Source: Dendrobates tinctorius (lineage: Eukaryota). Taken from it: 64,000 bases of DNA. The notes beneath the pieces are model-generated. The model saw only the letters and a list, made by a program, of their open reading frames with translations. It did not search any database and was not told the origin of the DNA. Shown piece by piece: positions 38,086-53,300 of this stretch. Within the stretch, counting starts at the first letter, position 1; each line of letters starts with the position of its first letter. The DNA lies in contig NW_027361671.1 in assembly GCF_039654945.1 (NCBI RefSeq), forward strand, positions 49,538,001 through 49,602,000, given 5' to 3'. A program made the translations under genes and the position numbers.

Positions 38086-41000
38086 GCGCTATGGCAGCTT
38101 CTAACCTCCTATAAAGGTTATTGGAGCATGGGGCAAAAGTAAAAAAAAAAAAAGGTTTCAAAAATATAAAAAAAATAAAAAAACAAATTCAAATCACTCC
38201 CCTTTCGCTGCCTTCAGATTCGCCTGATCTAATCAATAAAAAAAGAATTAACCCGATCTCTAAACTGTGTAATGACAAAAGAAAAGCCAGAATTACTTTT
38301 TTGGTTGATGCGACATTGCGTTAAAATGCGATGACGGACAATTAAAAGATCGTATCTGCACAAATGTGGTATCATTAAAAACGTCAGATCGGCACGCAAA
38401 AAATAAGCCCGCACCCAACCCGAGATCACAAAAAAGGAGACGCTACGAGTCTCGGAAAATTGCGCAATTTTTTTTTTTTTTTTAGCAAAATTTGGAATTT
38501 TTTTTCACCACTTAGATAAAAGAGAACCTACACACGTTTGGTTTCTATGAACTTAGAATGACCTGGAGAATCATAATTGCAGGTCACTTTTAACATTTAG
38601 TAAACCTAGCAAATAAGCCAAACAATAAACAAGTGTGGGATTGCACTTTTTTGAAATTTCACCGCACTTGGAATTTTTTCCTTTTTTCGAGTACATGACA
38701 TAGTAAAACCAATGGTATCGTTCAAACGTACAACTCATCCCGCAAAAAATAAGCCCGCACACAGTCATATTGACGGAAAAATAAAGTTATGGCTCTGGAG
38801 AGAAGGGGAGCGAAAAATGGAAAATCGGAAAAAGCTCCGGTCATGAAGGGGTTAAACATGGAAGCAGGTGGCGAAATTTGCCTTGGAAACCTGCTTACTC
38901 CCAAATGGATGCAGTAGAAGTGGGGGGATCCGTAAACACCATCATGATTTGGGTTTAGATACGTGGACTGTATCACACGCTGGGATTAGTTACACAGACT
39001 GTATTATGCTCTGAAATACACGGTGTGTATGAAGTGCTGGGATTGGCTACGAACAGAGTACCATGGATTGGGATTGGATACACAGATGCGGGCTGTATCA
39101 AATATCATAGGATTAAAAAGGAGGCTCTGTGAGCTGTATCACACATGATGGGATTATATTCACGGCTCTGTGAGCTGTATCACACATGATGGGATTATAT
39201 TCACGGCTCTGTGAGCTGTATCACACATGATGGGATTATATTCACGGCTCTGTGAGCTGTATCACACATGATGGGATTATATTCACGGCTCTGTGAGCTG
39301 TATCACACATGATGGGATTATATTCACGGGCTCTGTGAGCTGTATCACACATGATGGGATTATATTCATGGCTCTGTGAGCTGTATCACACATGATGGGA
39401 TTATATTCACGGCTCTATGAGCTGTATCACACATGATGGGATTATATTCACGGCTCTGTGAGCTGTATCACACATGATGGGATTATATTCACGGCTCTGT
39501 GAGCTGTATCACACATGATGGGATTATATTCACGGCTCTGTGAGCTGTATCACACATGATGGGATTATATTTGCGGCTCTGTGGGATTTATCACACATGA
39601 ATGGATTATATTCGTGGCTCTCTGCGCTGTATCACACATGATGAGCATTAGAGACTGTAAGACACTGCAGGAGATCATATACAAGGGTCATTACTTGTAC
39701 CCCAGGATGTGCATCGAAATATACTGAACCCACACAAGAGCATTGTAATTACAGCCACAGATGTGGCTACAATGCAAAATAAAAGAGAGTGTGGACTTGG
39801 TCAATCTATTTGACCAAGTTAGATTTAGGAAAACCTAACATGGGCTTTTATTTTTGGAGAGATCAGTAGGTAGGTACTGGGATGGATCTCTCACTCCAGT
39901 TTGGGTCTTGGGATTTGCCCATGTCCATGAGTCCCATTTAAACTTTCAGGTAAGGTTAGGGTGTGTCAGTATTTGGTTTTGCAAGCACACAGCCGAAGCT
40001 CTATGTATGTTTGGTCTGTGTGAGACTGAACACAGGTCACAGCCAGAGAAAGCAAAGCCATTGCCTCACCCACGAGCTACACGGTGGAGTAGTCGCCCTC
40101 AGCAATGGACTAATACGGACTGTTACGGACAATCCGGCTGCTAACGGAGGATAACGTTTGAGGATATTTTCGTAAATTGCCAAAATAAAGACATTTAAGT
40201 TGAACTATCTTGGGTCACTGCCTCATTACTGCACTGACATGAAAGCCATTGCATTACGTATGGTTGAGAATTCATGCAGTGTAAACTAAGGGAAGGCTTG
40301 AAGAAAGCTGGACAGGATGGAGGAACTCCTGAGGCAATTGTTCCCCTCCCATACGCAGCAACAACAGCAGCAGCAGCAGTTTCTGGAGCAACAATAACAG
40401 CAGCAGTAGACTATCCACCTGATTCTGCAGTAGACTGCTGCACTGGGAGAGACTCTCCAACTGCCGACCCCGGCTCGTCCCGCAGCCCGGGACCTCAAGT
40501 CTGCACTGAGGAAGATGAGCTAGGAGGGCGACATGTAAGCTTTCCGCTCCGTGTTTGAATATACTGCAGAGTGGGATAGCTTGCTGCTCTCCCAGTGGGC
40601 TGAAGTGGTGGCCCCGTTCCTGATGGGGGTACCCAGAATGTTTACTTTGACATCAGTCGGGAGGCCGCCAAGGACTATGGGAAACTCAAAGGGTAGGTCC
40701 TTTCCCAACTGGGGGTTAATACATATGTACAGGCAGCGTCGGACTGGCCCACCGGAGAACCGGTGGATTCTCCGGTGGGCCCTGGCATCTGGTGGGCCCT
40801 GGCACCTGCTGGCATACAGGGCCAGCAGTTGCCTAGGGCCCCCGCTGCTCCAGGGGCCCCCAGCCAATGGTGTGTTGCACACCATGCAGCTGCTATGGGG
40901 GCCCCTGCCAGCGGAGCAGCAGCGGGTGTCAGGAGGCAGGAGCCCCTGTCCCCGAGAAATGAATATTCACTGCGAAGCAGTGAATATCATTTCAGGTCTC

Positions 41001-41200
41001 CACCCCCAGAGGCCCCGCCCCCAGCCCAGTAAGCCGCTCTGCATCAGGGCCGGCGCCGCCCTCAGTCCCCTCTGCTGCTGACTCACAGCCATCGCGCACC
41101 CGCTGTGTGTCTGGCAGAGGGGGCAGCTCCTGACACTGAAGCCGGGATCAGCGTGGGAGCGAGGAGGAGAGGTGAGTATCGTGGTTTGTTTGTTTTTTTT

Positions 41201-42545
41201 CATATCTCTCTCGCTCTGTCTATCTATCTATCTATCTCTATCTCTCTTATATCTATCTTTCTATCTCTATCTATTATCTGTATCTATCTATCTATCTATC
41301 TCTATATCTATCTCTATCTATTATCTATATCTATCTATTTCTATATCTATCTCTATCTATCGCACTATCTTTATATCTATCTTTCTATCTCTACATCTAT
41401 ATATCTATCTATCATCTTTCTATATATATCTCTATATCTTTCTATTATGTCTATCTATCTATCTCTATATCTATCTATCTATCTCTATATCTATTATATC
41501 TATATTTATTATCTGTCTAGCTACCATCTATATCTATCTATCTTTATCTATATATCTCTATCTAATATCTATATCTATCTATCTCTATACCTATCTATCT
41601 ATTTATCTATCCGTTATCTATCTCTATATCTTTTCTCTGTATCTATCTATCTCTATATCTATATCTCTCGCTATCTATCGCTCTATCTCTATATCTATCT
41701 CTATATCTCTCTCTATAGCTATCTATCTATATATCTCTATCTATCTCTATATCTATCTCTCTGTATATCTATCTAGCGCTCTATCTCTATATCTATCTTT
41801 CTATCTCTATATCTATATATCTATCTATCTTTATCTATTTATCTCTATATCTTTTCTCTGTATCTATCTCTCTCTATATCTATATATATCTATTATCTCT
41901 ATATCTATTTCTCTCTATATCTCTCTCTATCTATCTATCTATTTATCTCTCTCTATANNNNNNNNNNNNNNNNNNNNNNNNNNNNNNNNNNNNNNNNNNN
42001 NNNNNNNNNNNNNNNNNNNNNNNNNNNNNNNNNNNNNNNNNNNNNNNNNNNNNNNNNNNNNNNNNNNNNNNNNNNNNNNNNNNNNNNNNNNNNNNNNNNN
42101 NNNNNNNNNNNNNNNNNNNNNNNNNNNNNNNNNNNNNNTCTACATCTATCTTTCTATCTCTACATCTATCTTTCTATCTCTACATCTATCTTTCTATCTC
42201 TACATCTATCTTTCTATCTCTACATCTATCTCTATCTCTATATCTATATCTATTATGTCTATCTATCTAGCTATCTCTATTATCTATATCTACCTATCTC
42301 TATATCTTTCTATCTTACTCTATCTCTATATCTATCTATTATCTCTATATTTATTATCTATCTTTATCTATCTCTATTATCTATATCTATATCTATCTAT
42401 CTATCTATTTATCGATCTCTGTATCTATCTCTCTATCTCTCTATCTACCGCTCTCTCTATCTCTATCTATCTTTATATCTATATCTATCTATCTTTCTTT
42501 CTTTCTATCTATATCTATCTAACTCTATATCTATATATCTATATA
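41201..42545. repeat. (TCTA/TATC)n low-complexity microsatellite spanning an assembly gap
   Basis: Seen directly; N-run at 41958-42138. Confidence 0.97.
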
Positions 42546-43540
42546 GCATTATTCCCTATGAGGGGGGCAGTATTATACCCTATGAGGGGGCAGCATTATA
42601 CCCTATGAGGGGGCAGCATTATACCCTATGAGGGGGGCAGTATTATACCCTATGAGGGGGCAGCATTATACCCTATGAGGAGGCAGCATTATACCCTATG
42701 AGGAGGCAGCATTATACCCTATGAGGGGGGCAGTATTATACCCTATGAGGAGGGCAGCATTATACCCTATGAGGAGGCAGCATTATACCCTATGAGGAGG
42801 GCAGCATTATTCCCTATGACGGGGTGCATTATTCCCTATGAGGGGGGCAGTATTATACCCTATGAGGGGGCAGCATTATACCCTATGAGAGGGTGCATTA
42901 TACACTATGAGGAGGCAGCATTATACCCTATGAGGGGGTGCATTATACCCTATGAGGAGGCAGCATTATACCCTATGAGGAGGGCAGCATTATTCCCTAT
43001 GACGGGGTGCATTATTCCCTATGAGGGGGGAAGTATTATACCCTATGAGGGGGCAGTATTATACCCTATGAGGGGGTGCATTATTCCCTATGAGGGGGCA
43101 GCATTATACCCTATGAGGGGGGCAGCATTATACCCTATGAGGGGGATACATTATACCCTATGAGGGGGTGCATTATTCCCTATGAGGGGGCAGCATTATA
43201 CCCTATGAGGGGGATACATTATACCCTATGAGGGGGTGCATTATACCCTATGAGGGGGACAGTATTATACCCTATGAGGGGGACAGTATTATACCCTATG
43301 AGGGGGGCAGTATTATACCCTATGAGGGGGTGCATTATACCCTATGAGGGGGTGCATTATTCCCTATGAGGGGGCAGTATTATACCCTATGAGGGGGGCA
43401 GTATTATACCCTATGAGGGGGTGCATTATACCCTATGAGGGGGGCAGTATTATATTCTATGAGATGGCTGCATTATATTCTATGAGGGGTCTACATTATA
43501 TTCTATGAGGGGGCTGCTTTATATTCTATGAGGGGGCTAC
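42545..43540. repeat. ~22-bp minisatellite (gcattataccctatgaggggg)
   Basis: Direct periodicity. Confidence 0.95.
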
Positions 43541-43705
43541 CCCAACTCCTGCTACATAATTAAGACATGTACAACCTTATATTATACCCGGATATTAGCG
43601 TGTTTTACCGCACAATTGGTGGTCTGGTATTTAACTATGCAGCTACATAGTGGGCCCCAAGAATGATTTTCTATGGTGGGCCCAAGGTGTTCCAGTCCGA
43701 CGCTG

Positions 43706-43967
43706 TGTACAGGCACAACAAGTGTACTAGTAGTCCATTGTGGAAGCCCGACCTGCTAAGTCCCAGTCACATGACATTACATCTAGCAAAAAAATGGTTC
43801 CAGCCTGAGACATTGTGCCCAGCCCAGATTGTAGAGAGGGTAGTAGTGGACTGGTTGGTGTGAACTCTGCCGGTAGCCATACAGCGCTGGATGGGACAAG
43901 GGGAACTGGGCAAACTAGATAAGATGTGGTTAGCCTGATCGAGAGTTATAGAGCCACACAGGAGATT
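43706..43967 (+). pseudogene. Continuation of the Gmr1-like gag (SCAN region)
   Basis: LAKKWFQPETLCPAQIVERVVVDWLV*TLPVAIQRWMGQG. Confidence 0.7.
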
Positions 43968-44358
43968 CAAACAAAAAACAAACTAAGGAGTAGCAAACAT
44001 CATATATAAAAAGTATTAAATTTGTTTAATATATTCATGAATATAAATTACATAATCCATTATAAAAATTTATTATAAACAAATTACCGATGTGAAGGAC
44101 ACAAGACAAAGTCCAACACAGTTACATTAATTATAGCTCGGGAATCATGAGATCATATGAAATATCTTATAACCACATTAATTATTATAATACACCCCTA
44201 GTATCAAACACATAATACAGGCGTCCATAAGTCACTCTGGGTACATACATTCAGCATAGTGCCACTCAAATAATAAACCCAAAGGAGCCTCAAACAGAAA
44301 TCTAATACTAGGAGAAATCTCACCCGGATAAACCTTTGTAACTGGTCACACCATGCAG

Positions 44359-44394
44359 CCCCAACACGCGTTTCGCGTGGGCTTCCTCAGGGGG
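44359..44394 (-). ncRNA. Minimal type I hammerhead ribozyme motif
   Basis: Minus strand CCCC-CUGAGGA-A-GC-CCAC-GC-GAAA-C-GCGU-GUU-GGGG. Confidence 0.6.
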
Positions 44395-45509
44395 TTATGT
44401 GTTTGATACTAGGGGTGTATTATAATAGTTAATGTGGTTGTAAGACATTTCATATGCTCTCATGATTCCCGAGCTATAATTATTAAAATTCTGTTGGAGT
44501 TTATGTCTTGTGTCCTTCACATCGTTAATTTGTTTATAATATATTTTTATAATGGATTATGTAATTTATATTCATGAATATCTAATATATAAAGCTCAAA
44601 GTGTGTGTGTATGTATGTGTGTGTGTATGTATGTATGTATGTATGTATGTATGTCCGGGATAGGCATCCGCACCGTCCCAGCTACAGTCACAAAATTTGG
44701 CACAGTCACACGTCTGGACCCCGAGAGAGTCCTAAGCTATGTTGTGAGGTGAAATTTTAACCCCGCGCGTTCCAATTCACCAAACAATTTTGACCCTATC
44801 TACATACTGGGGAAAAAGTGTGTGCGTGTCAAGCCCCTCCCCTCATGATGTCATAATGCCCCTATTTGCATAATGGGGAAACAGTGTGTGTGTGTATCAA
44901 GCCCCGCCCCTCATTATGAGGTCACAATGGTTGCCATGGCGACGCTGATGTCATCATAGGTTGCAAGCCCCGCCGCTCATTATGATGTCATAATGGTTGA
45001 CTATGGGATGGAGGATGTGTGATAGGTATATGGGCACTAGACTATGGGATGGAGGATATGTATATGGGCACAGGACTATGGGATGGAGGATGTGTGATGG
45101 GTATATGGGCACTGGACTATGGGATGGAGGATATGTTTGACGGGTATATGGGCACGGGACTATGGGATGGCGGATATGTATATGGGCACGGGACTATGGG
45201 ATGGAGGATGTGTGATGGGTATATGGGCACTGGACTATGGGATGGAGGATATGTATGACGGGTATATGGGCACGGGACTATGAGATGGCGGATATGTATG
45301 ATGGGTATATGGGCACGGGACTATGGGATGGAGGATATGTATGATGGGTATATGGGCATGGGACTATGAGATGAAGGATGTGTGATGGGTATATGGGCAT
45401 TCGACTATGGGATGGCGAATACGCATGACGGGTATATGGGCACGGGACTATGGGATGGCGGATATGTATATGGGCACGGGACTATGGGATGGAGGATGTG
45501 TGATAGGTA

Positions 45510-47104
<1,595 letters not shown>

Positions 47105-50100
47105 TATATGGGCACGCAAATATAGGATGGAGGATATGTATGATGGGTATATGGGCACAGGACTATGGGATGGAGGATGTGTGATGGGTATATGGGCACT
47201 TCACTATGGGATGGAGGATATGTTTGACGGGTATATGGGCACGGGACTATGGGATGGCGGATATGTATATGGGCACGGGACTATGGGATGGAGGATGTGT
47301 GATGGGTATATGGGCACTGGACTATGGGATGGAGGATATGTATGACGGGTATATGGGCATGGGACTATGAGATGGCGGATATGTATGATGGGTATATGGG
47401 CACGGGACTATGGGATGGATGATATGTATGATGGGTATATGGGCATGGTACTATGAGAGGAAGGATGTGTGATGGGTATATGGGCACTCGACTATGGGAT
47501 GGCGAATATGTATGATGGGTATATGGGCATGGGACTATGGGATGGAGAATATGTATGATGGGTATATGGGCATGGGACTATGGTATGGAGAATATGTATG
47601 ATGGGTATATGGCATGGGACTATGGGATGGAGGATGTGTGATGGGTATATGGGCACTTGACTATAGGATCGTGTATATGTATGATGGGTATATGGGCACG
47701 GGACTATGGGATGGAGGATAATTATAATTTGCTATAACTAACCACAGTTAGTTACTATGACCGGGCAGCGCCGGGCTCTTCAGCTAGTATTAAATAAATT
47801 TAATACTTTTTATATATGGTGTTTGGTACTCCGTTTGTTTTATTGTTTGCAAGTAATTACTGGAGTATACCTGTTGATTGTTTTTATTCAGACATCCATT
47901 TTTAACCCTTCCTTTTCTGGAATTTTTATTTACAGGACTATGGTACTCTGCCCCATTGCGGGTATCACGCCGGCCCCTGCATCAATCATTAGGGGACAAC
48001 ATGTCTGATCTCCCCTTATGACGGATGAAAGCCATACCTGTTGAGGGGGGACGTGGCCTAGCTCACAGACATGTGAGACAGGTTTCTTGGTAGCTCTGAA
48101 GGGACACCTCAAAATCCGACTTTTAACTCAACTTCAGCAAGCCATCCTGTCTCCAAATATCTCTCAGAGTCCTTCTGGCACTATGAAGATACTTTTGGCT
48201 ACAAAAGTTATCATCTAAATCAACTTTTGAGAGAAGATAGGTATTGAGGCCCACATCCTCACCAGACCTCACTTCTGGGTCTGCCAGTACTTACACCACA
48301 GGATTTCTACCTTAAGGACCCCTCAAATTCTGCAAGGCATCAGCGATGAGGCACCCATCTGCAACCCCCAGGACCCCCTAATCTTCATCTGGGCTTCAAC
48401 AGAAGGAGAAAGCCACAAAAAGAGAGAATTAGGCCGCCGCCAGCCGCAGATCGCAGCTGTGACCCTGTGTTGGCAGACCAGGACAACAGACCCTCACAGT
48501 GGTTCTACAACGATTCAGTGGTGAAGAAGACGAGTGACATCTCAGCTGTGACCCCTTCTCAGGAACTGGGACGGCGACTCAGACTGTGGCTCCTTTGAGA
48601 GAACGGGGTGTGATTGTGAGTATAGCGCTCACCGACTTCACCCCTTGCCACCCCTTTGGGCGACTTCTCCAGCGGTTTGACTACCTCCATCAGCTCCCGG
48701 AGCTTTGCCGTGCGGGGCTCTGTGGTCGCAGCTGCGGCGCCTCCAGTGTGAGATAAACCCCTCCCACCTCTACCGCAGCCGGCCCTTGTTCTCCCCGGCG
48801 ACCCCGCTGCGTCTCTATAACTCACGCAGCCTGCTCGTCCCTTCTGGAGCTGCAGGGACATCTCCACCTCCCTGCGGCAGCGGCGGAGAGGCTCACTAGC
48901 TGATTACAGGCAACCGTCTTCAGCTTTGAGGGGAGAGCTTCCTTTACATGCAAGCTGCAATCTCTGCCTATAAAACGTGACGCAGCTGCGGCGTCTCCGG
49001 GAGCACGGGGGAAACTCCTACTTTTGCTTTCGGTTTCACTGTAGCCGACTCCCGCTCTCCCCGGCGATCCCCGCTGCGTACTTATAACTCTCGCTGCCTG
49101 CTCATCCCTTCTGGAGCTGCGGGGACTTCTCCATCCCCCTGTAGCAGTGGTGGAGAGGCCCACAGAGTATATACAATTTACAGTCTTCAGTCCCATATAA
49201 GGGATCTCTTTCTGCATCAAAGTTGCGACCTACAATCACAGCACCTACATCCCCTGCATTTCCTAAGCTGTTTACATATACTTTAACAGTAAATTGATTC
49301 ACAGGTGACTGCTCCTGGGTCACAACTAGCTCTTAGGACCTCATTGTTCCGAGCGACGTTAGGTCCAACTGTGATAAGGACCTACTTACATTAGTCTAAC
49401 AGCGCCTGGTGATCTCTGTTGCGACATCCTTTGGGATCCTATTTTAGTTCGCAGCTGCGATCTCAACGATAATTAAAGAACCTACTACAACCTTAGAAGA
49501 GACCCCAAATTCTGCATTGGCATCCCTTCTGGACCTAATCCTAGTGTCTCTGAGATTAAAGCACTTAAGTTGTTGGACCTAGTAGCCTGAACTATTATAC
49601 TGAAAGTTTCGTTTATAGACCTCTTGGGTCAACTCAGCTACTTTGTGGATCAATATTGACTTTCTTGTGGAATTTACCTTAAAGGGAAGGTGCCGCAATT
49701 TTATATAATTTGCAAAAAAATAGTAACAAAACATGTTGTTTCAGCAAATGTTGTACTAACCAGGATTTATGGTTTGTTTGTAATAATGTTTTAATGTAGC
49801 CACTGGGCGCTGCCATCTTGATTTGCAGATCTGTGGAGGACTCATACAGTCTGCAAATATGGCCGTCCCTGGACATAGAAGACTGCGGCCGGCTCCCGAC
49901 CCCACATTGCAGCCTCATTAGCAGTGAACTGGGCACGCCCCTGTGGGCTGCACTATTCACTGCTGTAGGTGTGGCTGGGCGCCATTTTACTGTAGCCCAG
50001 TGCTATCTGCTGAGCTCCACTTACCCTCTATCACAGAACCACTTGTGGCATAACAGGTCCTGTGTTGTGAGGAGAGGCTGAAGATATGGAGAAGGTGGTC

Positions 50101-50398
50101 AGCAGAGGAGAGAAGCGCTCACTGGAGCCGGAGGATGGAGAGTGGTGAGTGCAGGTGACTTTCCTCTATGCTCCTCTGTCCTGCTTACTTTAGGCTCGGC
50201 CCTGTGCTTACTGCTCTACTGTGTTCTTCTGCTCTGTCTCCTCACTCACAGCCCCAGTGATCTCCGGTAATCTGACACCTTTGCTTTTATGACAGCTTTT
50301 ATGGCTGTCTGAGGAGGACAGTGACTTATACAGCCCATAGTCTAGTGTATGGGGGGGGGCTGGAAGTTTCACCAGTGTGGGCATATCTGTAATACTGT

Positions 50399-53300
50399 TG
50401 TAGGGTCGGTGATGGGGTGCCGAGCTGGGGGGGGATAGGGGGTGGTCCCACTTCTTACCGCGCAGAGATGACAACAGAGACACGATGGAGGCAGATTCTG
50501 GGTGCAACAGGTCCAAGTTTATTTCTTCACTTGCCGTCCGACTGACGGCACACCTCGCGGCCCTCCGTTTCCAGAGCCGCTTCTCACACCGTACACTGGA
50601 GACGTGTCTGCACACACCGTCCCCTCCTTTACTGTCGACGCTCCTGACAGTTCCGTCACTGTGGCCGCCTTAGGCCCATTAACCAACAGCGCTTCTACTG
50701 CTCAGTCGTCGTGTCACATACGGTGTCTTACACCCAGTACCTCGTCTCAACTGCGGTCCTTTCCTGTCAGGACCACCCCCCTGACATTCTCTCTCCTCAG
50801 TCCCCCTGGTCTGGATTCTCCTCAGAGTGCACAGACTGTCGTAGTCCTCCTGTCACTTGAGCTCCCCCTGGGGACTGGAACTTTCTGGAACCCTCCCTCA
50901 GTATTTATAACTCCCCCGGTTCCTTGAAACTGTCACTCTGTCACCACGCCCCCCATGACCAACGGTTTCTAAAGCCCTAAGCTGCTGTAAAGTACTTTGC
51001 TCACACTCCACCCTGCCATCTAATGGTCATCCCAAGGTACTGCACGTCCACTACACTTTCCTAGTTGTTTCCCCACTGTAATCACTGACTCCTACCTACA
51101 CTGTGCAAACCTATCTTTCTTCACTCTGACTAGTCCGTCCGTCCGTCAGGTCACCTTCCCTACACTCTCCCTTCCTTTGTCCATTGTCGTCCTCGACAAT
51201 CGTCATCCCTGCCTTCGTCGTTCTGAATCTACACCTACATTCTGTTGTCGGACCAGAAGTTGAGCCAAACCCACTATCTGCGGGGGCCGAACCATACTGG
51301 GAGCACTATGCTCTGAGCAGCCTACTGCTACTCACCAGCGCGCATGCCACATGACGTCTTTCAAATTGGGCAAGGTACACCCGTATTCTCTCTACGGCGT
51401 GTATCTTTCCCCTACTCTCCCCTACTGTTACCTTTCACTATCCGGTACGCCATGATCGAGGCCACTCACCTACCAGATCATTGCCGGCGCCCGCCTTTCC
51501 TTCTTCAGGGGTGTCCGTGGTGTTGGGGACCTGACCTAGGACGGCTGTCTTTCTCACGTCTTCCAACTCATTTTCCTTCTTTCAATTACATGTCATGGTC
51601 GGCGTCCCGGTCTCCCAGACCTCCTCAACTCTTAGATCCCTACCGGATCTCACACTTTCCTTTGGTCCCGCAGACCTTCCCTTACCCAGACCTGTTGCAT
51701 TTTACTTTGCATATTATACATCATACAACTTTATAATAGCACAAGTACCCCATTTTTTATAATTTTTTTTTTTTTCCGTTTTCTTTTGCTCATTTTAAAA
51801 CCAACATATAACAACATAACTTTGCATGTCTTCTTTCTCCCCCCTTCCTTGGACATGGACACTCCCTCTCTTCTAAGTATCCCCGCTCTGTCAGTCTAAC
51901 AAGTAAACACAAACTATCCTGTAAGAGGAACATAGAAAAACAGACATAAAAATCACAGATAAACATTTCTTTTTTTTTTTTAAAGCTGACCGCGAACTGT
52001 CCTTTTGACCTGCACAACGGTGCAACGAACTCCTGACAGTTCAATCCTCCTTTCGGTGGTCAGTAGTATGGGACCCCACAACCGTGGAGCTCCCAGGATG
52101 CAAGAAGTGTCCCTTTCTGCAAGATAGTATAAACGAGCCGTCCCGGGGGTCGTGCAGCCGCCATGCCAGCCTCTCCCCTCTCATGGAGCAGGTTCCAGAC
52201 TTCCTGCCCCCTGGCCCTCTTCTTCTCTATAACTCCTGCGACCCAAACAGAGGGTCCGGCATGAGCCCTGGAGTCCGGTGGGCGGGACTTAACCGAGGAA
52301 GGACGTGGATCAGAGGCGGCCGATGATTCCTGCGGCTCAACAGCCGCTGGGGCCAGGTGGCAAATTGGGACAACCGGATCCTTGGAGGCTGGAATCACAA
52401 GGCCCACTAAGTCGGCCGCAGTCGACTTCAGCAGCGGCATAACCGCGGCCTCAGGACAGGCCGCATCCACTACTTCCATTGGAGCCGGAGTAACGGCCGG
52501 TTCCAACGACGCAGCTGCTATCAGCAGGGGGAACGCAGCAGCGTCTTCTTTGGATGACTTCCGCACTGGCGGCTCCAGGCGGGGTACCTCAGGGACTTGA
52601 GCAGGGGCCTCGCACAACTCTGCATACACCACTGGGCCCGATGTACCCAGGCCTTCCGGTGCGCAGGGGGCAGCGTGCTGCGGCGGAATGATGAGGGCCG
52701 CTGGCGGAGGCACTGGTGGTGCCGGGGGTACTCTCACCTTCCCCGGCGCTGCGGCCTCCATCCCATCAATACGTGGCTTCACCCGCAGCCTCCTTCCCTC
52801 GCTCCACTGTCCCGCGGGTTTTTCCCCTAAACTCGGGGGCTCCGCTGAGAAGTCCTCTGCTGGTATTGGTGGCGGCCGTTTTCGCTGACTCCGCTCCCCA
52901 GCTCAGCATCCCGCTGCTCTCCCGTGGCTCTGAGGGCGACTTCTGGCACAGCTCCATCCCCTGCCGCCACTGCCACTCTAGGCGGCCGATGCCCCGACAC
53001 CTGCAGAGTCTCATACCGTCCGTTGGGCAGCACTCGAATGGCATCAGACAGCCGCAGCCAAGTTTTTCTTCTGTGCCACTCCCTCTGTGAGGTGAGGTGT
53101 CGGCAGGCCTCTCCACCATCCTGTCAGGGTCCAATATATGGAAGCGTCGATTTCCAGGCACATACTGCTTCCTTTTGAGGTACGTTGGAGGGGGTCCCAG
53201 TCCATTCAACACGACTGCAAACACCCGGACCTCTCCTCTGCGCTGAAGCAACACCGCCATACTGCACAGTACCTGGTACCGCCCCGGATTCTCTGCTGGC

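Larger units (their letters stand above)
40734..43705. mobile_element. Non-autonomous hAT-type DNA transposon, private to copy 3
   Basis: 14-bp TIR CAGCGTCGGACTGG/CCAGTCCGACGCTG; 8-bp TSD TGTACAGG at 40726-40733 and 43706-43713; no transposase. Confidence 0.92.
29423..43786 (+). repeat. Tandem segmental duplication unit, copy 3 (last copy; runs on into non-duplicated sequence)
   Basis: Collinear; private hAT insertion and Tc1 deletion; homology ends at ttacatctag (43786). Confidence 0.92.

Noticed and set aside
41105-43163. 478-, 223- and 123-aa ORFs
   Set aside because: Microsatellite and minisatellite translations; one spans an N gap
1-43786. Triplication as an assembly artefact
   Set aside because: The copies differ by many substitutions, VNTR lengths and private TE insertions with TSDs
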